A DNA stretch of 39,469 nucleotides from Octopus bimaculoides (GCF_001194135.2 NC_068991.1:67748186-67787654); one strand, 5' to 3'. Counted from the stretch's first letter, positions 10,094 to 22,065 are shown. Program-made: numbers and translations. The notes: generated by a model from the sequence alone, not told the origin.

Positions 10094-10476
10094 GTGGAGG
10101 CGTAATGGTCCAGTAGTTAGGGCAGCGGACTCACGGTCATAGGATCGCGGTTTCGATTCCCAGACCGGGCGTTGTGAGTGTTTATTGAGCGAAAAAACCT
10201 AAAGCTCCTCGAGGTTCCGGCAGGGGATGGTGGCGAACCCTGCTGTACTCTTTCACCACAACTTTCTCTCACTCTTACTTCCTGTTTCTGTTGTGTCTGT
10301 AATTCAAAGGGTCAGCCTTGTCATACTGTGTCACGCTGAATATCCCCGAGAACTACGTTAAGGGTACACGTGTATGTGGAGTGCTCAGCCACTTGCACGT
10401 TAATTTCATGAGCAGGCTGTTCCGTTGATCGGATCAACTGGAACCTTCGTAAGCGACGGAGTGCCAACAACACCAA
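10094..10476 (+). mobile_element. SINE family A, full length, 11-bp TSD
   Basis: ACTCCGCTGCG at 10083-10093 and 10477-10487. Confidence 0.95.
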
Positions 10477-10671
10477 ACTCCGCTGCGATCATTTAGCAGC
10501 GATCTTTCTCTCTTCAAGCTATAAAACCTATCTTCATCATAACTTATTGTGTATGCGTACTAATGTTATACCTATTTATTACAATGATCAAGGTAAACAA
10601 TTATCATTATGTTAAAAACAGTTTGTTCTGGGTTTGTAACTTGTCATTTTATTTCGGTTTCAGTTGAAATT

Positions 10672-10883
10672 CTTTTCTACTCTCGGCACAAGGCCCGAAA
10701 TTTTGGGGGAGGGGGCCAGTCGATTAGATCGACCCCAGTACGCAACTGGTATTTAATTTATCGACCTCGAAAGGATGAAAGGCAAAGTCGACCTCGGCGG
10801 AATTTGAACTCAAAACGTAAAGAAAGACGAAATACTGCAAAGCATTTCGCCCGGCGCGCTATCGATTCTGCCAGCTCGCCGCC
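10672..10883 (-). mobile_element. SINE family B, full-length monomer, 21-bp perfect TSD
   Basis: ATTTCGGTTTCAGTTGAAATT at 10651-10671 and 10884-10904. Confidence 0.95.
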
Positions 10884-11450
10884 ATTTCGGTTTCAGTTGA
10901 AATTGCGAGCGTAGAAATGCAATTATTATTATTTTTTTAACTCAGAGAGTCGAGTAGGTGTCGAATTATTTCTACCAGAGGTTCTCGGAGTATTTTGAAC
11001 TGGTTTCAAATGGTGCTTAAACAAGCTATTGAACTAACTATAATAAACACAATCTTTCTCTTTCTGTCAAACTTAAGATGTATGAAATAAATTTTAAAAA
11101 TGTAATGTATTATCAAAAAGAAGAGAAAACAGTTGAAGTAATTAAGACAACATCCTAACATTTGTAAAGTTTGTTTGCTGTTTCTTTCAGGTTTCTTTTA
11201 TTTTCATAAAAAGACACGATTAGAATATAGATGGTTATATAAAAAAACTAAATTCATTTATTTAAAATGCTTTATTTCAAAATTCATCAAGAATAAAAAA
11301 AAAATACAATTAAAGTTAAAGCCAATAACAAAATAAATGAATAAACGAGGTGTTAAAATTTCAGATTATGAACAAATACATTCTAGAAATATTTTGTTCA
11401 AAATCGTAATTGTTTATAACATTTTTAATGAGCTTATTGGTATTTCTATA

Positions 11451-11552
11451 TTTCTTCTTCATTTTTCGTCTGGTTTCTTCTTCATTTTTCGTCTGGTTTC
11501 TTCTTCATTTTTCGTCTGGTTTCTTCTTCATTTTTCGTCTGGTTTCTTCTTC
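11451..11552. repeat. 23-bp minisatellite, about 4.4 perfect copies
   Basis: Unit TTTCTTCTTCATTTTTCGTCTGG. Confidence 0.95.
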
Positions 11553-12544
11553 CTGGATAATTTTTGGCAATTTCGTAGTGATCAACATATGCTTCGCAAT
11601 GTATTTAAATGATTAATTCTTTTTTTTTTAACATATAAATTGTTTTTGTTGTTATCTCCCCTACTCTTCCTACAAATTTATTTACATTGCATAATACTCT
11701 ATTTACAACGGATATTAAAGCAAACCCGGCCTAGAACAATCCGAGGGCCACTCGTGGCTACGATTCGATTTCTACCCGACTTCTGAATTTCAGAAACAAT
11801 GCCTTTTTCAGGCATTTAATTTGAACCGAAGCCAAAACCAACATTACGGACTGAAATCAGTAATTATGCTTTCGATCATAATAATTGTTGGTACTTTCCT
11901 ATTATCGGCAGCCATTTTTTTTTCATCTTATTTGCTAACGGATTAGTAAACAGACTATAACACCCGTAAGACAAATGTAATAATTGACTGGCGAACTTTC
12001 GGAATTGCCATCGCTACCGCACAGAAAAGGGTGAGGAATTGAGTGATTGTTTCCATCTGTGAAATAACTTTTTGTCCAAAATATTTATTTACACATTTAC
12101 TCTCCAAATTCTTTTAGTAAATATAAAAACTTTGGCCGTTGATAATAGAAAGGTTCTTAATTCTTTTTAATGTTGATACAAGGCTGAAATTTGAAGGAAG
12201 AGATTTAGCCAAATTAAATCAATTCCCGAATTTGATTGTTACATTATTTTATCGACACCGAAAAAATGAAAGCCATATTTCAACTGTACATATATGTGTA
12301 TATGCTTGTTCATCTATTATTCCTATGTATCAATGTCCATTTGTCAACGTATGAACATTTTCTGGCCATGATTGCATGTAGACATATGTATATGAATACT
12401 TCTACTAACATACTGCTAACCGTAGTATTTAACCTGGCTGAAAAATAAGAATTCCACTAAATTAAACTGACCAATAGTACACACTTCCCATTTCAGTCTC
12501 TTCCTCCCCCACGTCGTAAGTCTTAGATTGCATCTTCTATATAT

Positions 12545-12780
12545 ATATATATATATACACTCTCTTTCTAATTCTCTCTGTCTCTTTTTTTGTCTCCAAC
12601 GACTTTCTCTCTCCCACACTGTCCGAAACAATTCCACTATTTCCCTTTGTTCTCCATTGTGTCCAAAATCTCATGAACTCAGAAAGAAGAAATACTTTTT
12701 CTCGCTCAGAGAAGAAGAACTTTGTCCGAAACGTCGAAAACTCATTAAGCAATAAAACCTATCTATACACTGCATGCTTG
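12545..12780 (+). mobile_element. Possible degenerate Penelope-like terminal repeat
   Basis: Lies between TA/CA microsatellites; contains GAAGAAG...TCCGAAACGTCGAAAA followed by AATAAA. Confidence 0.3.
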
Positions 12781-12837
12781 TATATCTGTGCATGTATGTG
12801 TATAATGCATTTGTGCATAAATCATACATATATAACT

Positions 12838-12844
12838 TGTGTGT

Positions 12845-12935
<91 letters not shown>

Positions 12936-12950
12936 CACATGTATGTATGT
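12838..12950. repeat. (CA)n(TA)n microsatellite
   Basis: Directly visible. Confidence 0.95.
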
Positions 12951-13920
12951 AGGTACAACATAAACAGGTCAAATACTTCTTCCTCTCTACCAGCACAGTT
13001 TTCTTCTTCATTGTACTTTTCTTCATCTCTTCATACTTTTTCCTTCTTTCTCACTTTTCGTCTCTTTCCTTCAGTGTGCTTTTTTTAAAAATTTACTTTT
13101 CTATTTTATTACATTTTTCATTTTTTTTCTTTTTGCGTTCATCTACTCTTTCTTTCCCCCCGCCTTCATTTACCTTTTTCTTTGTCTCTTTCCTCCTTTT
13201 TTCTCTCCTTTTTCCTTTGCTATTCCTCTCTAATGGAAAATACCGATTCTCCATATTGATCTTTTTAGTAAATTAACCTAGATCTTTGGAAATTAAATTT
13301 TACGAACTGAAAAGAAACAGAAAAAAAAAGTAAATATAGATAAAAAAAAATATTAAAACAAATCAAACGGAAAACAAGCAAACAAAAAATAAACAAACCA
13401 ATAAATCAGAACATACGAGAGTTTGTATTATTTCGTTCATTATGAAATAATCTTTGTTTAAATATTAAAAGATTTCGTTTATTTCTTACTTTTTTGTCAG
13501 TTGTTTTAAAACATTTTATTTAAATTTCTACTGCAAATGGCAATTCGGTTTATTTATTTGAATTTTGTTGTTGTTGTCATTTTACTTTGTTTTGAATAAA
13601 CCGAGCTAAATGTTCCTTAAAGACAGCTAAAAATGGCTGTTCTTAAAACAATGCTAGCTAAATGTTCCATTAAGATTCTCTTGTGTGGTGGTTTTGATGT
13701 TCTGCAATAGAGCGAACTGGTTGTTCTGACAAACACTGTTAAAGTAGCTAACTATGTTATTGTACATTAAATCGATCTTAAACTTAGCAAAGCAAAACTC
13801 CGTGATTTAAAGTTATTTTAATCAGAGTCCATTTTTAATCTATTGTGGACCTTTCACCATTTTATAGTTTCTCGGTTCTTAAAACAGGTAAGACCAATTT
13901 TACAACGTTCATCAAAAGAA

Positions 13921-14030
13921 TGGTTGTGGTTAAGAAACTTATTTTGCAAACATTTGGTTTCGAGTTCAGTTCCGCCTCGTGGCATCTTGGGTAATTCGCT
14001 TTTACTATAGCCCCGGGCTGACCAGTAAAT
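13921..14030 (+). mobile_element. Diverged SINE family C head
   Basis: GTGGTTAAGAAACTT...GAGTTCAGTTCC...GTGGCATCTTGGGTAA...TACTATAGCCCCGGGCTGACC. Confidence 0.7.
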
Positions 14031-14239
14031 TGTGAAAGAATTTGTGCGCGTGCGTAGTGTGTGTGAATATATATATATATATNNNNNNNNNNATATACAC
14101 ACATATATATATATGTACGTGTGTGTGCGTGCGTATGTACTGTACTGTATGTTTTCAACATTATTTTTATAATTTGTATATATTCATTTTATTATAAATT
14201 CAAATGAACACCACACATTCGCCTTCCGAGTTTCGTTTT

Positions 14240-14527
14240 CCATACAGTATGTGCAATTCTTTGACTACTCATCTACGGTACACTACGTATTTCCTTTTAA
14301 TATATTTTAATTAACGTGCCATACAGTGCAGTACTGTATTGTATTTTTATTCATTAATTTATTAACTTTTAGGCATGAAAATGCTTATTTTACCAGAGAA
14401 ATAATTAAAATCTAAAAAGACACAAATGCCTATCAGCCGCAGATATAAATTTACATATATTAGCCAGACAAATCCGCGATGTACTGAGGGTGCGATAGGT
14501 GAACCGCGATATGGTGAGTAATTACTG
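14240..14527. mobile_element. Possible pogo/Tigger-like non-autonomous element end
   Basis: Ends ...CCGCGATATGGTGAGTAATTACTG followed by TA (reverse: TA CAGTAATTACTCACCATATCGCGG); the opposite TIR was not found. Confidence 0.35.
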
Positions 14528-14529
14528 TA

Positions 14530-14581
14530 CCGCTAAGCATTTCGTCCAGCATGCTGACGATTCAATCAGCTCGCCGTCTTA
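14530..14581 (-). mobile_element. SINE family B head fragment
   Basis: CCGCTAAGCATTTCGTCCAGCATGCTGACGATTC...CAGCTCGCCG is the reverse complement of the B head. Confidence 0.75.
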
Positions 14582-14814
14582 AATGCACATGATAGTAAAA
14601 CTGATATTATAGAAGTTCAGCTACCCACACTAATAAAACAGTATGTATTGATACAACTAGATGTAATTTAACATCTATATACGCTAATAGAACTATTTTT
14701 ACTCTATCAAATGATAGGTACAGACGCATAGGGAGAACAATATAAAAACAACTAGAAGACAGAAATATCTGATCTAAAGAAGTGAAAGTTCACACCGACA
14801 TTATTTGGTGATGC

Positions 14815-14904
14815 AAAGCGGCGAGCTGGCAGAATCGTTAGCACTCTGGACGAAATGCTTAGCGGTACCCCAATATTTCAAGCCATATGCCTTTAGTAGA
14901 AAGG
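14815..14904 (+). mobile_element. SINE family B, internally deleted, 15-bp TSD
   Basis: Intact head to CTTAGCGG, then a short tail ending AGTAGAAAGG; ATTATTTGGTGATGC at 14800-14814 and 14905-14919. Confidence 0.8.
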
Positions 14905-15166
14905 ATTATTTGGTGATGCTGTTGCAGGTATATAGCCGAAAGTCAACTCTGGATTCAGCAGGAGTAGAAAGGATTATTTGGTGATGCTGTTGCAGGTATA
15001 TAGCCCAAAGTCAACTCTGGATTCAGCAGGAGTAGAAAGGATTATTCGGTGATGCTGTTGCAAGTATATAGCCCAAAGTCAACTCTGGATTCAGCAGGAG
15101 TAGAAAGGATTATTTGGTGATGCTGTTGCAGGTATATAGCCCAAAGTCAACTCTGGATTCAGCAGG
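14895..15166. repeat. 68-bp minisatellite, 4 copies
   Basis: Units start at 14895, 14963, 15031 and 15099; only three scattered substitutions seen. Confidence 0.97.
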
Positions 15167-15227
15167 TCAATGTTCAAAGATGTTCCAGAAATGAGTAATT
15201 CATTCTTCTTACAGAGATTAAATATCA

Positions 15228-15416
15228 CTTTCTGCTATAGGTACAAGGCCTGAAATTTGGCGGAAGGGGTTAGTCGATTACATTATTTAATCAACTTCGA
15301 AAGGATAAAAGGCAAAGTCGACGTCGGCGGAATTTGATCTCAGAACGTAAAGACAGACGAAAGGCCGCTAAGCATTTTGCCCTTCACGCTAACGATTCTA
15401 TAAGCTCGCTGCTTTA
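15228..15416 (-). mobile_element. SINE family B with internal deletion
   Basis: ACAAGGCCTGAAATTT...GAAAGGATAAAAGGCAAAGTCGAC...CTAACGATTC...AGCTCGC. Confidence 0.85.
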
Positions 15417-16123
15417 TAATGTGCCCTAATATTAGCCCATTTTCTAAAGTCAATAGGTGAAGGCTTTTATTTCTATTTACAAAATTCCACTCTCCACCGT
15501 TTCCTAACTCACGCAAAATTTGCACATTTTTACACACACACACACACACACACACATGTACGTTTGTGTGTTTATATGCACATATATATTACGGTATGTT
15601 TATATATATTTTTATATAAGCATAAGAGTCAGGAGTAATTCCCTGTTTGGAAGAGAACTCAAAATCTAGCGGTGTCTATTTGTAAATTGAAATGACACGG
15701 ATAGAATATAACAAAATTATATAAAAAAAAGAAAAAAACCCAAACAAACAAAAAACAACAAACAAATAAAAAAAGGTAGGAAACCCCCTGTATTTCGCTG
15801 CCGAACCCCGAGGCAACGAAATTAAATATCTCTCACCAACCTAACACATTGTCTTTTTTGTTTTTGTTTTTGGTATTTCATTTTATTTCAATGTTTTCTC
15901 TTTATGCAGCCACCATTTTTTTTGGTTTTTTTTTTACTCTTTGCTTCTTAAAATAACATGCGTTAAACACAATAAGCATCGCGGCCCTGACGGGCTGGTC
16001 AAACTGTTATCGACGTGTAAATGCATTTAAATTCATGCGAGCCACTATTACAGCTTAGGGTTAAGCGATTCAAGCCGTGTTTATCACAAAACAGGTACCC
16101 TATACTTACATCGCTTCCTTTTC

Positions 16124-16125
<2 letters not shown>

Positions 16126-16209
<84 letters not shown>

Positions 16210-16597
16210 TTCTTTCCTTCTTTCCTTCTCTCTAACTATCTTACACTTTCTGTCACGCTCTCTTTCTTAACCTTCTCTCTCTTGCTTTACTTTCGCTTTT
16301 TCTGTATTTTTGAGTATATATGAGTATATTGTATAATGCACACGCGTGCGTGTTTATAAATATATATATATGTATATAGTTGAAATTTATAGAAAAACAA
16401 AAGACGAAGACAGGTGAGAGAGGGAGAGAGAGAGAAAGATCGGTAGGTTGGAAGTTCACCAGATGATTTTATGCCTAATTAAGAAATCATATTAACACAA
16501 AAGCTTTTCAATTTGTTCGGAAAAAGCTTCGATACGCATTCACTCTCCTCACACCCCGCCATTTAGCGCAATCTTCCACTCAACTCCATACACTACA

Positions 16598-16633
<36 letters not shown>

Positions 16634-16935
16634 GCTTCTGCTGTTGCTGCTGCTACTGCTGCTGCATGCTCCGTTTCAACGGGCGACCATACCGCCGAGG
16701 AGCGCCTAGAGAGGTGCAGCGTGTGATGTGATATCGCTATCAAACGGACCAGAATACGCCATCCACCACTCTTACCGAACGCGCTGAATTAATGCCGCAG
16801 ATGGTGGAAGCTTGATGCCATTTAACTTCTAGTCAGTATACGCCCTTAAGCTTAAAGCGCCTGGCCATGCGCAACAAAAACCTCCCCATCGCATTGTTCT
16901 TTCACTCTGTCACCATTCTCGTCATTTCTCCATTC

Positions 16936-16989
<54 letters not shown>

Positions 16990-16990
16990 G
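16126..16990. repeat. Microsatellites (CT)n 16126-16204, (CTA)/(CTG)n 16594-16665, (ATT)n 16937-16990
   Basis: Directly visible. Confidence 0.9.
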
Positions 16991-17171
16991 TTAGTATTAT
17001 TTTTACCACTGTCAACCATTATATTCTTTCTGCTTCCAGCAGAAACGAAGGACAAGAAAAACCGAAATTATAAGAAAGAAAGAAAGAAAGAAAAACAATT
17101 AAAACACGTTAATATTTATTTTTTTGCAGTCTTCCTTCGCTTACCAACTTTTTCTTCTTTCTCCCTTCTGT

Positions 17172-17215
<44 letters not shown>

Positions 17216-17545
17216 ATACAGATACTTAAATACGTCGGACTTCTGTGTGTGTGTGTGTATATACATACATAACACACATACAATCACATATATACTCAGA
17301 CATACATACGTACTTGTGTAATATATGCAAACACGATATAATCTCAGACATTTAACGTAGTGACTTGAAAAATCTTGCATTAATTGAAATTAGTCTTGTA
17401 ATTATATGATAAAACCTCCCTCTTGAAGTATTCAAAATCTACCAAAATTAAAAAAAAAATAACATGGAAGACAAACGATAAGTAAAGGTTCTAACTCCGG
17501 TAATAATAGCTAATTCAACATTTAGGAAAATAGGGGTAACGTAAC

Positions 17546-17670
17546 TAGGGGTGGATTCAGGTTGTTCTCGACGTTAACTGGTGAAGATAATAGTCAAGTT
17601 TCGATCGTGTTAGACCTCATCAGCGAAGAATATTCATCCCTACTTGGCAAAATAGTTTTCAAGGTGTCTG
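17546..17670 (-). mobile_element. Short repeat-like segment carrying a hammerhead fold, abutting (TA)n
   Basis: Sharp transition into a TA microsatellite; hammerhead core present. Repeat status and Penelope affiliation are inferred. Confidence 0.4.
17595..17646 (-). ncRNA. Hammerhead ribozyme, type-III topology
   Basis: Minus strand CAAGUA^GGGAUGAAUAUUCUUCG-CUGAUGA-GGUC-UAACAC-GAUC-GAAACUUG: canonical core, 4-bp stem II, 5-bp Watson-Crick stem III (CAAGU/ACUUG), GUA triplet; stem I imperfect and palindromic. Confidence 0.65.
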
Positions 17671-17702
17671 TATATATATATATATATATATTCTTTTTAT
17701 TT

Positions 17703-17992
17703 TTTTTTAATTGTTTCAGTCATTTGACTGCGGCCATGCTGGAGCACCGCCTTTAGTCGAACAAATCGACTGCAGGACTTATTCTTTGTAAGTGTAGTAC
17801 TTATTCTATCGGGTCTCTTTTGCCGAACTGCTAAGTTACGGGGACGTAAACACACCAGCATCGGTTGTCAAGTGATGGTTGGCGGGGGCGGGGGCGGGCA
17901 AACACAGACACATAAATGTATACATATATATACATATATATACGACGGGCTTCTTTCAGTTTCCGTCTACCAAATCCACTCACAAGGCTTTG
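17703..17992 (-). mobile_element. SINE family C, 5'-truncated
   Basis: Reverse complement of the C body from CAAAGCCTTGTGAG to the tail. Confidence 0.9.
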
Positions 17993-19365
17993 CTGAATTT
18001 CTGAAACGAGACGAAAGCATTAAGGAAATAGTTAACCGAAATTGTGACTATCTCTTTTACTTTAATACACACACATGCGCACACAGACACACACACACGC
18101 TATCTCTCTCTCTCTCTCACTCACACACACACACACACACACACACAATGAACGAAAGAAAAACAAAAATGAGGGTAACGACGAAAAATCTGTTAAACGG
18201 TTCTGTTGTTAAATCACTTTGCACTCACCACGTGATAGATCTATGAAAATGAATTGTACTTCCGGTTTTGGAAGCATTTTGGATTCAGCAAAATTCATAG
18301 TTTTGGTGTGAAAGCAAGACTCCTAAATTGAAGATACTCTCATTCAGTGAGAATAAAACCCAGGCAAACCAAATATGGCATACATCAAGAACAATGTTAG
18401 TTCTATCAAAAAACATAATATTCAAATTTCCGCATTATCTATTCATGTCCTAATTATAAATTCAAAATAAACATCAAGGCAAGCACACCCTGATTTTAGG
18501 TAAATTTTTCTACCAAACTCTCAAAGATAATATGCTCTAACTCGGAACGCCAACAGATTGGAGTATAGACTAGATGCTGAATCAAAGACACTGATGAAGT
18601 TGACCTACATTTCGTTGTGGGGGTCGCTCTTTGTCATATGCAGCAGTTCAAGCGTTTTGACCCTTGGGTAGTAGCATTCAAGAGTCTCTAGAAGATGAAC
18701 AAATAAAGCGTATCTAATCATACTAGAACAGCATCGAGGCAAGTATCATAGTAATACACATGCAAAATTTCAACCTATTACATCGATTATTCTTGGAGAT
18801 ATCGTGACCTAAAGATTGTTACTCATAGTCAGAAATGTGATTTTGAGAAAAACGCAAAAACGCTGGAAATGGTTGATTTTACAATTACCAACTACACAAG
18901 GATAGTATCCACATTTTAGTGAAATATTTGCAGTTTTGCACAGTCTAATCACGCCCAGAAGCATATCCTTTGCTATTTTTCTGAGATTTTGCTATCTGAA
19001 ATTTGAGGTATTAGTCTTGTCTTAAACCCAATGATGGATTAAGTCAACCGTCTGATAACAGAAGCCGTCACGAGACTTCTGTCAACCACATTTTACTAGC
19101 AGTTAGAAACGTCAAAAGTGTCGAGTAGTGTGATTTAATAGGAAATAAGGTACTTTAAAAAGTTATCTCTATAGATTTTCAATAGAAATTTGAACCAGCA
19201 GTGAGAGTCACGACGTTTTGCATACCAATTCGCGTACATAAACAATGTGATCGAAGATAAAAAGAAACAGGCATTGCTTTATAAGAACTTCTGAAATATG
19301 CATATACACCCATAAACTATTTGCCTGTACATTATTTACATTATTTACATTTTGTTTGTTGTTAA

Positions 19366-19619
19366 CACAACTTTCTCTCACTCTTACTTCCTGTTTCTGT
19401 TGTACCTGTATTTCAAAGGGTCAGCCTTGTCACACTGTGTCACGTTGAATATCCCCGAGAACTACGTTAAGGGTACACGTGTCTGTGGAGTGCTCAGCCA
19501 CATGCACGTTAATTTCACGAGCAGGCTGTTCCGTTGATCGGATCAACTGGAACCTTCGACGTCGTAAGCGACGGAGTGCCAAAAACAACAACAACAACAA
19601 CAACGACAACAACGACAAC
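19366..19619 (+). mobile_element. SINE family A, 5'-truncated
   Basis: Begins CACAACTTTCTCTCACTC; (CAA)n tail; no TSD seen. Confidence 0.92.
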
Positions 19620-20213
19620 TAGTTACCAGGAAAGTTTAGGAATGGAGTAACATTAGATTCCTTCCCGCTTCCAAACGGTAATCGAAATTATCAATATATT
19701 TGAGGAACTCTTCAGCAAATAATATCTGCTGTTATGGGTTTTGTTTTGTCAGTAGGATGCTCTATTGTGCTAGGTGTCTCATCTTAATAACTTTCTGTCT
19801 CACAACTAAAATAACCCACAATAATGTTTATAAGTAAAGCTCTCGCCTGAAGTGCTGGTACACGTTGCGATCTCTGTTACCGCCTGCTGCTTGTACGCGT
19901 AATAATGCACACATATACACACCACATACTCATTCACACGGCACGCCACTTACTCAAACATATCTATATCTACACGTATGTATTCACATTGACACGGCAT
20001 GTATAGGGGATACGATGACAGCCAAGCTGTCGCCAAATAGATCGGTATCTATTTAGTTGACAGAGGATTTGTTGACTGAGGTTTTATGGCGATGGTGGTG
20101 GGGCTGGTAGGCATTATGATACGGGGAGGTGTGATGAGAGGAGGATTTGAAGATGATGTGGGGAGATTAATGGGGTGAGGTGGGAGACGTATATATTATG
20201 TACATATATTTAT

Positions 20214-20491
20214 TTTACTCTTTTACTCTCTTTTACTTGTTTCAGTCATTTGACTGTGGCCATGCTGGAGCACCGCCTTTAGTCGAGCAAATCGACCCCA
20301 GGACTTATTCTTTGTAAGCCTAGTACTTATTCTATCGTTTCCTTTTGCCGAACCGTTAAGTTACGGGGACGTAAACACCCCAGTATCGGTTGTCAAGCGA
20401 TGTTGGGTGGGGGGACAAACATAGACACACAAACATATAGACACACATACATATACATATACATATATACGACGGGCTTCTTTCAGTTTCC
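20214..20491 (-). mobile_element. SINE family C, 5'-truncated
   Basis: TTTACTC tail repeats, CAGTCATTTGACTGTGGCCATGCTGGAGCACC, ends at CTTTCAGTTTCC. Confidence 0.9.
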
Positions 20492-20798
20492 TTTATGTAC
20501 ACATATAGTACGCACACACTCAGATACACACACACAGATTTATATACACACATATACACACTTAAATGCACAGTACTTCCATTTACGCATTTATGTATGT
20601 GTATGCGTGTGTGTACGTATGTTTGCATGTATACGTATGAGTATCCGTGTGTTGTGTTGGTAAGTCGGAAATACAAGAAATGGAAACGAACACAGTCCTA
20701 CCCACCTGCCAAGTATAGAACATTTGCGCTATCTCTGTAAGACGAGTGCTCAAATATGCATTGTATATGTGTATATATATATGTGTATTACAGAGGGC

Positions 20799-20870
<72 letters not shown>

Positions 20871-20905
20871 GAGAGTGAGAGTGAGAGAGAGAGAGTAGAG
20901 TTGTA

Positions 20906-21033
20906 CAGGGTGTCCACAAGGTCTGGGTACATGGAGTAAATAAAATCACAACATAAACAATTAAATATAAGAAATAATAATTTCTTAAAGTATGTGTTAA
21001 TCCCCCATGTACCCAGACTTTGTGGACACCCTG
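20906..21033. mobile_element. 128-bp Tc1/mariner-type MITE
   Basis: 29-bp TIRs CAGGGTGTCCACAA(G/A)GTCTGGGTACATGG with 1 mismatch; TA on both sides (20904-5, 21034-5). Confidence 0.92.
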
Positions 21034-21383
21034 TAGATTTAATGCGTATCACCTTGTTTATTGTAACAGTGACAACATTTTCACTATTCAAGGGGACTCA
21101 CCACGTTGCCTCGATCTCCCTTTTTAAAGCCTATCCCCTATTATCAATCTAATTCTCTCTTCCCTTCGTCTCCTCCATAAACACATGTCCCTTCATTCAT
21201 TCTCCCGTCTATATATTTACCAATTTTTCGTCCCCCCCCTCTTCCTCTCTCATACACCATTGTCACACCAGCTTTAATAGTTTACCAGTACAAATCCCTC
21301 TCTTTTTTTTGTTTATCTTTCGACTCCTCCTTCCTCCCGTCTCTAACACACCCTGCATCCTCATATCTCTATCTCGTAACAAC

Positions 21384-21550
21384 ACTTTTCTACTCTGGGC
21401 ACAAGGCCCGAAATTTTTGGGGAGGGGGGGAGCAGTCGATTAGAACGACCCCGGTACGCAACTGTTACTTACTTTATCGATCCCCGAAAGGATGAAAGGC
21501 AAAGTCGACCTCGGCGTAATTTGAACTCAGAACACAAAGACAGACGAAAT
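21384..21550 (-). mobile_element. SINE family B running into a gap
   Basis: Closely matches 10672-10883. Confidence 0.9.
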
Positions 21551-22021
21551 NNNNNNNNNNNNNNNNNNNNNNNNNNNNNNNNNNNNNNNNNNNNNNNNNN
21601 NNNNNNNNNNNNNNNNNNNNNNNNNNNNNNNNNNNNNNNNNNNNNNNNNNNNNNNNNNNNNNNNNNNNNNNNNNNNNNNNNNNNNNNNNNNNNNNNNNNN
21701 NNNNNNNNNNNNNNNNNNNNNNNNNNNNNNNNNNNNNNNNNNNNNNNNNNNNNNNNNNNNNNNNNNNNNNNNNNNNNNNNNNNNNNNNNNNNNNNNNNNN
21801 NNNNNNNNNNNNNNNNNNNNNNNNNNNNNNNNNNNNNNNNNNNNNNNNNNNNNNNNNNNNNNNNNNNNNNNNNNNNNNNNNNNNNNNNNNNNNNNNNNNN
21901 NNNNNNNNNNNNNNNNNNNNNNNNNNNNNNNNNNNNNNNNNNNNNNNNNNNNNNNNNNNNNNNNNNNNNNNNNNNNNNNNNNNNNNNNNNNNNNNNNNNN
22001 NNNNNNNNNNNNNNNNNNNNN

Positions 22022-22065
<44 letters not shown>

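Noticed and set aside
14895-15166. CRISPR-like array
   Set aside because: Units are contiguous and near-identical with no unique spacers; eukaryotic context, no cas genes; explained by a SINE junction.
18590-18630. CTGATGAAG core-like heptamer
   Set aside because: No downstream GAAA or closing helices.
19350-19365. TTGTTGTT upstream of truncated SINE A as an inverted copy of its (CAA)n tail
   Set aside because: Only about 8 bp of low-complexity sequence; compatible with chance.
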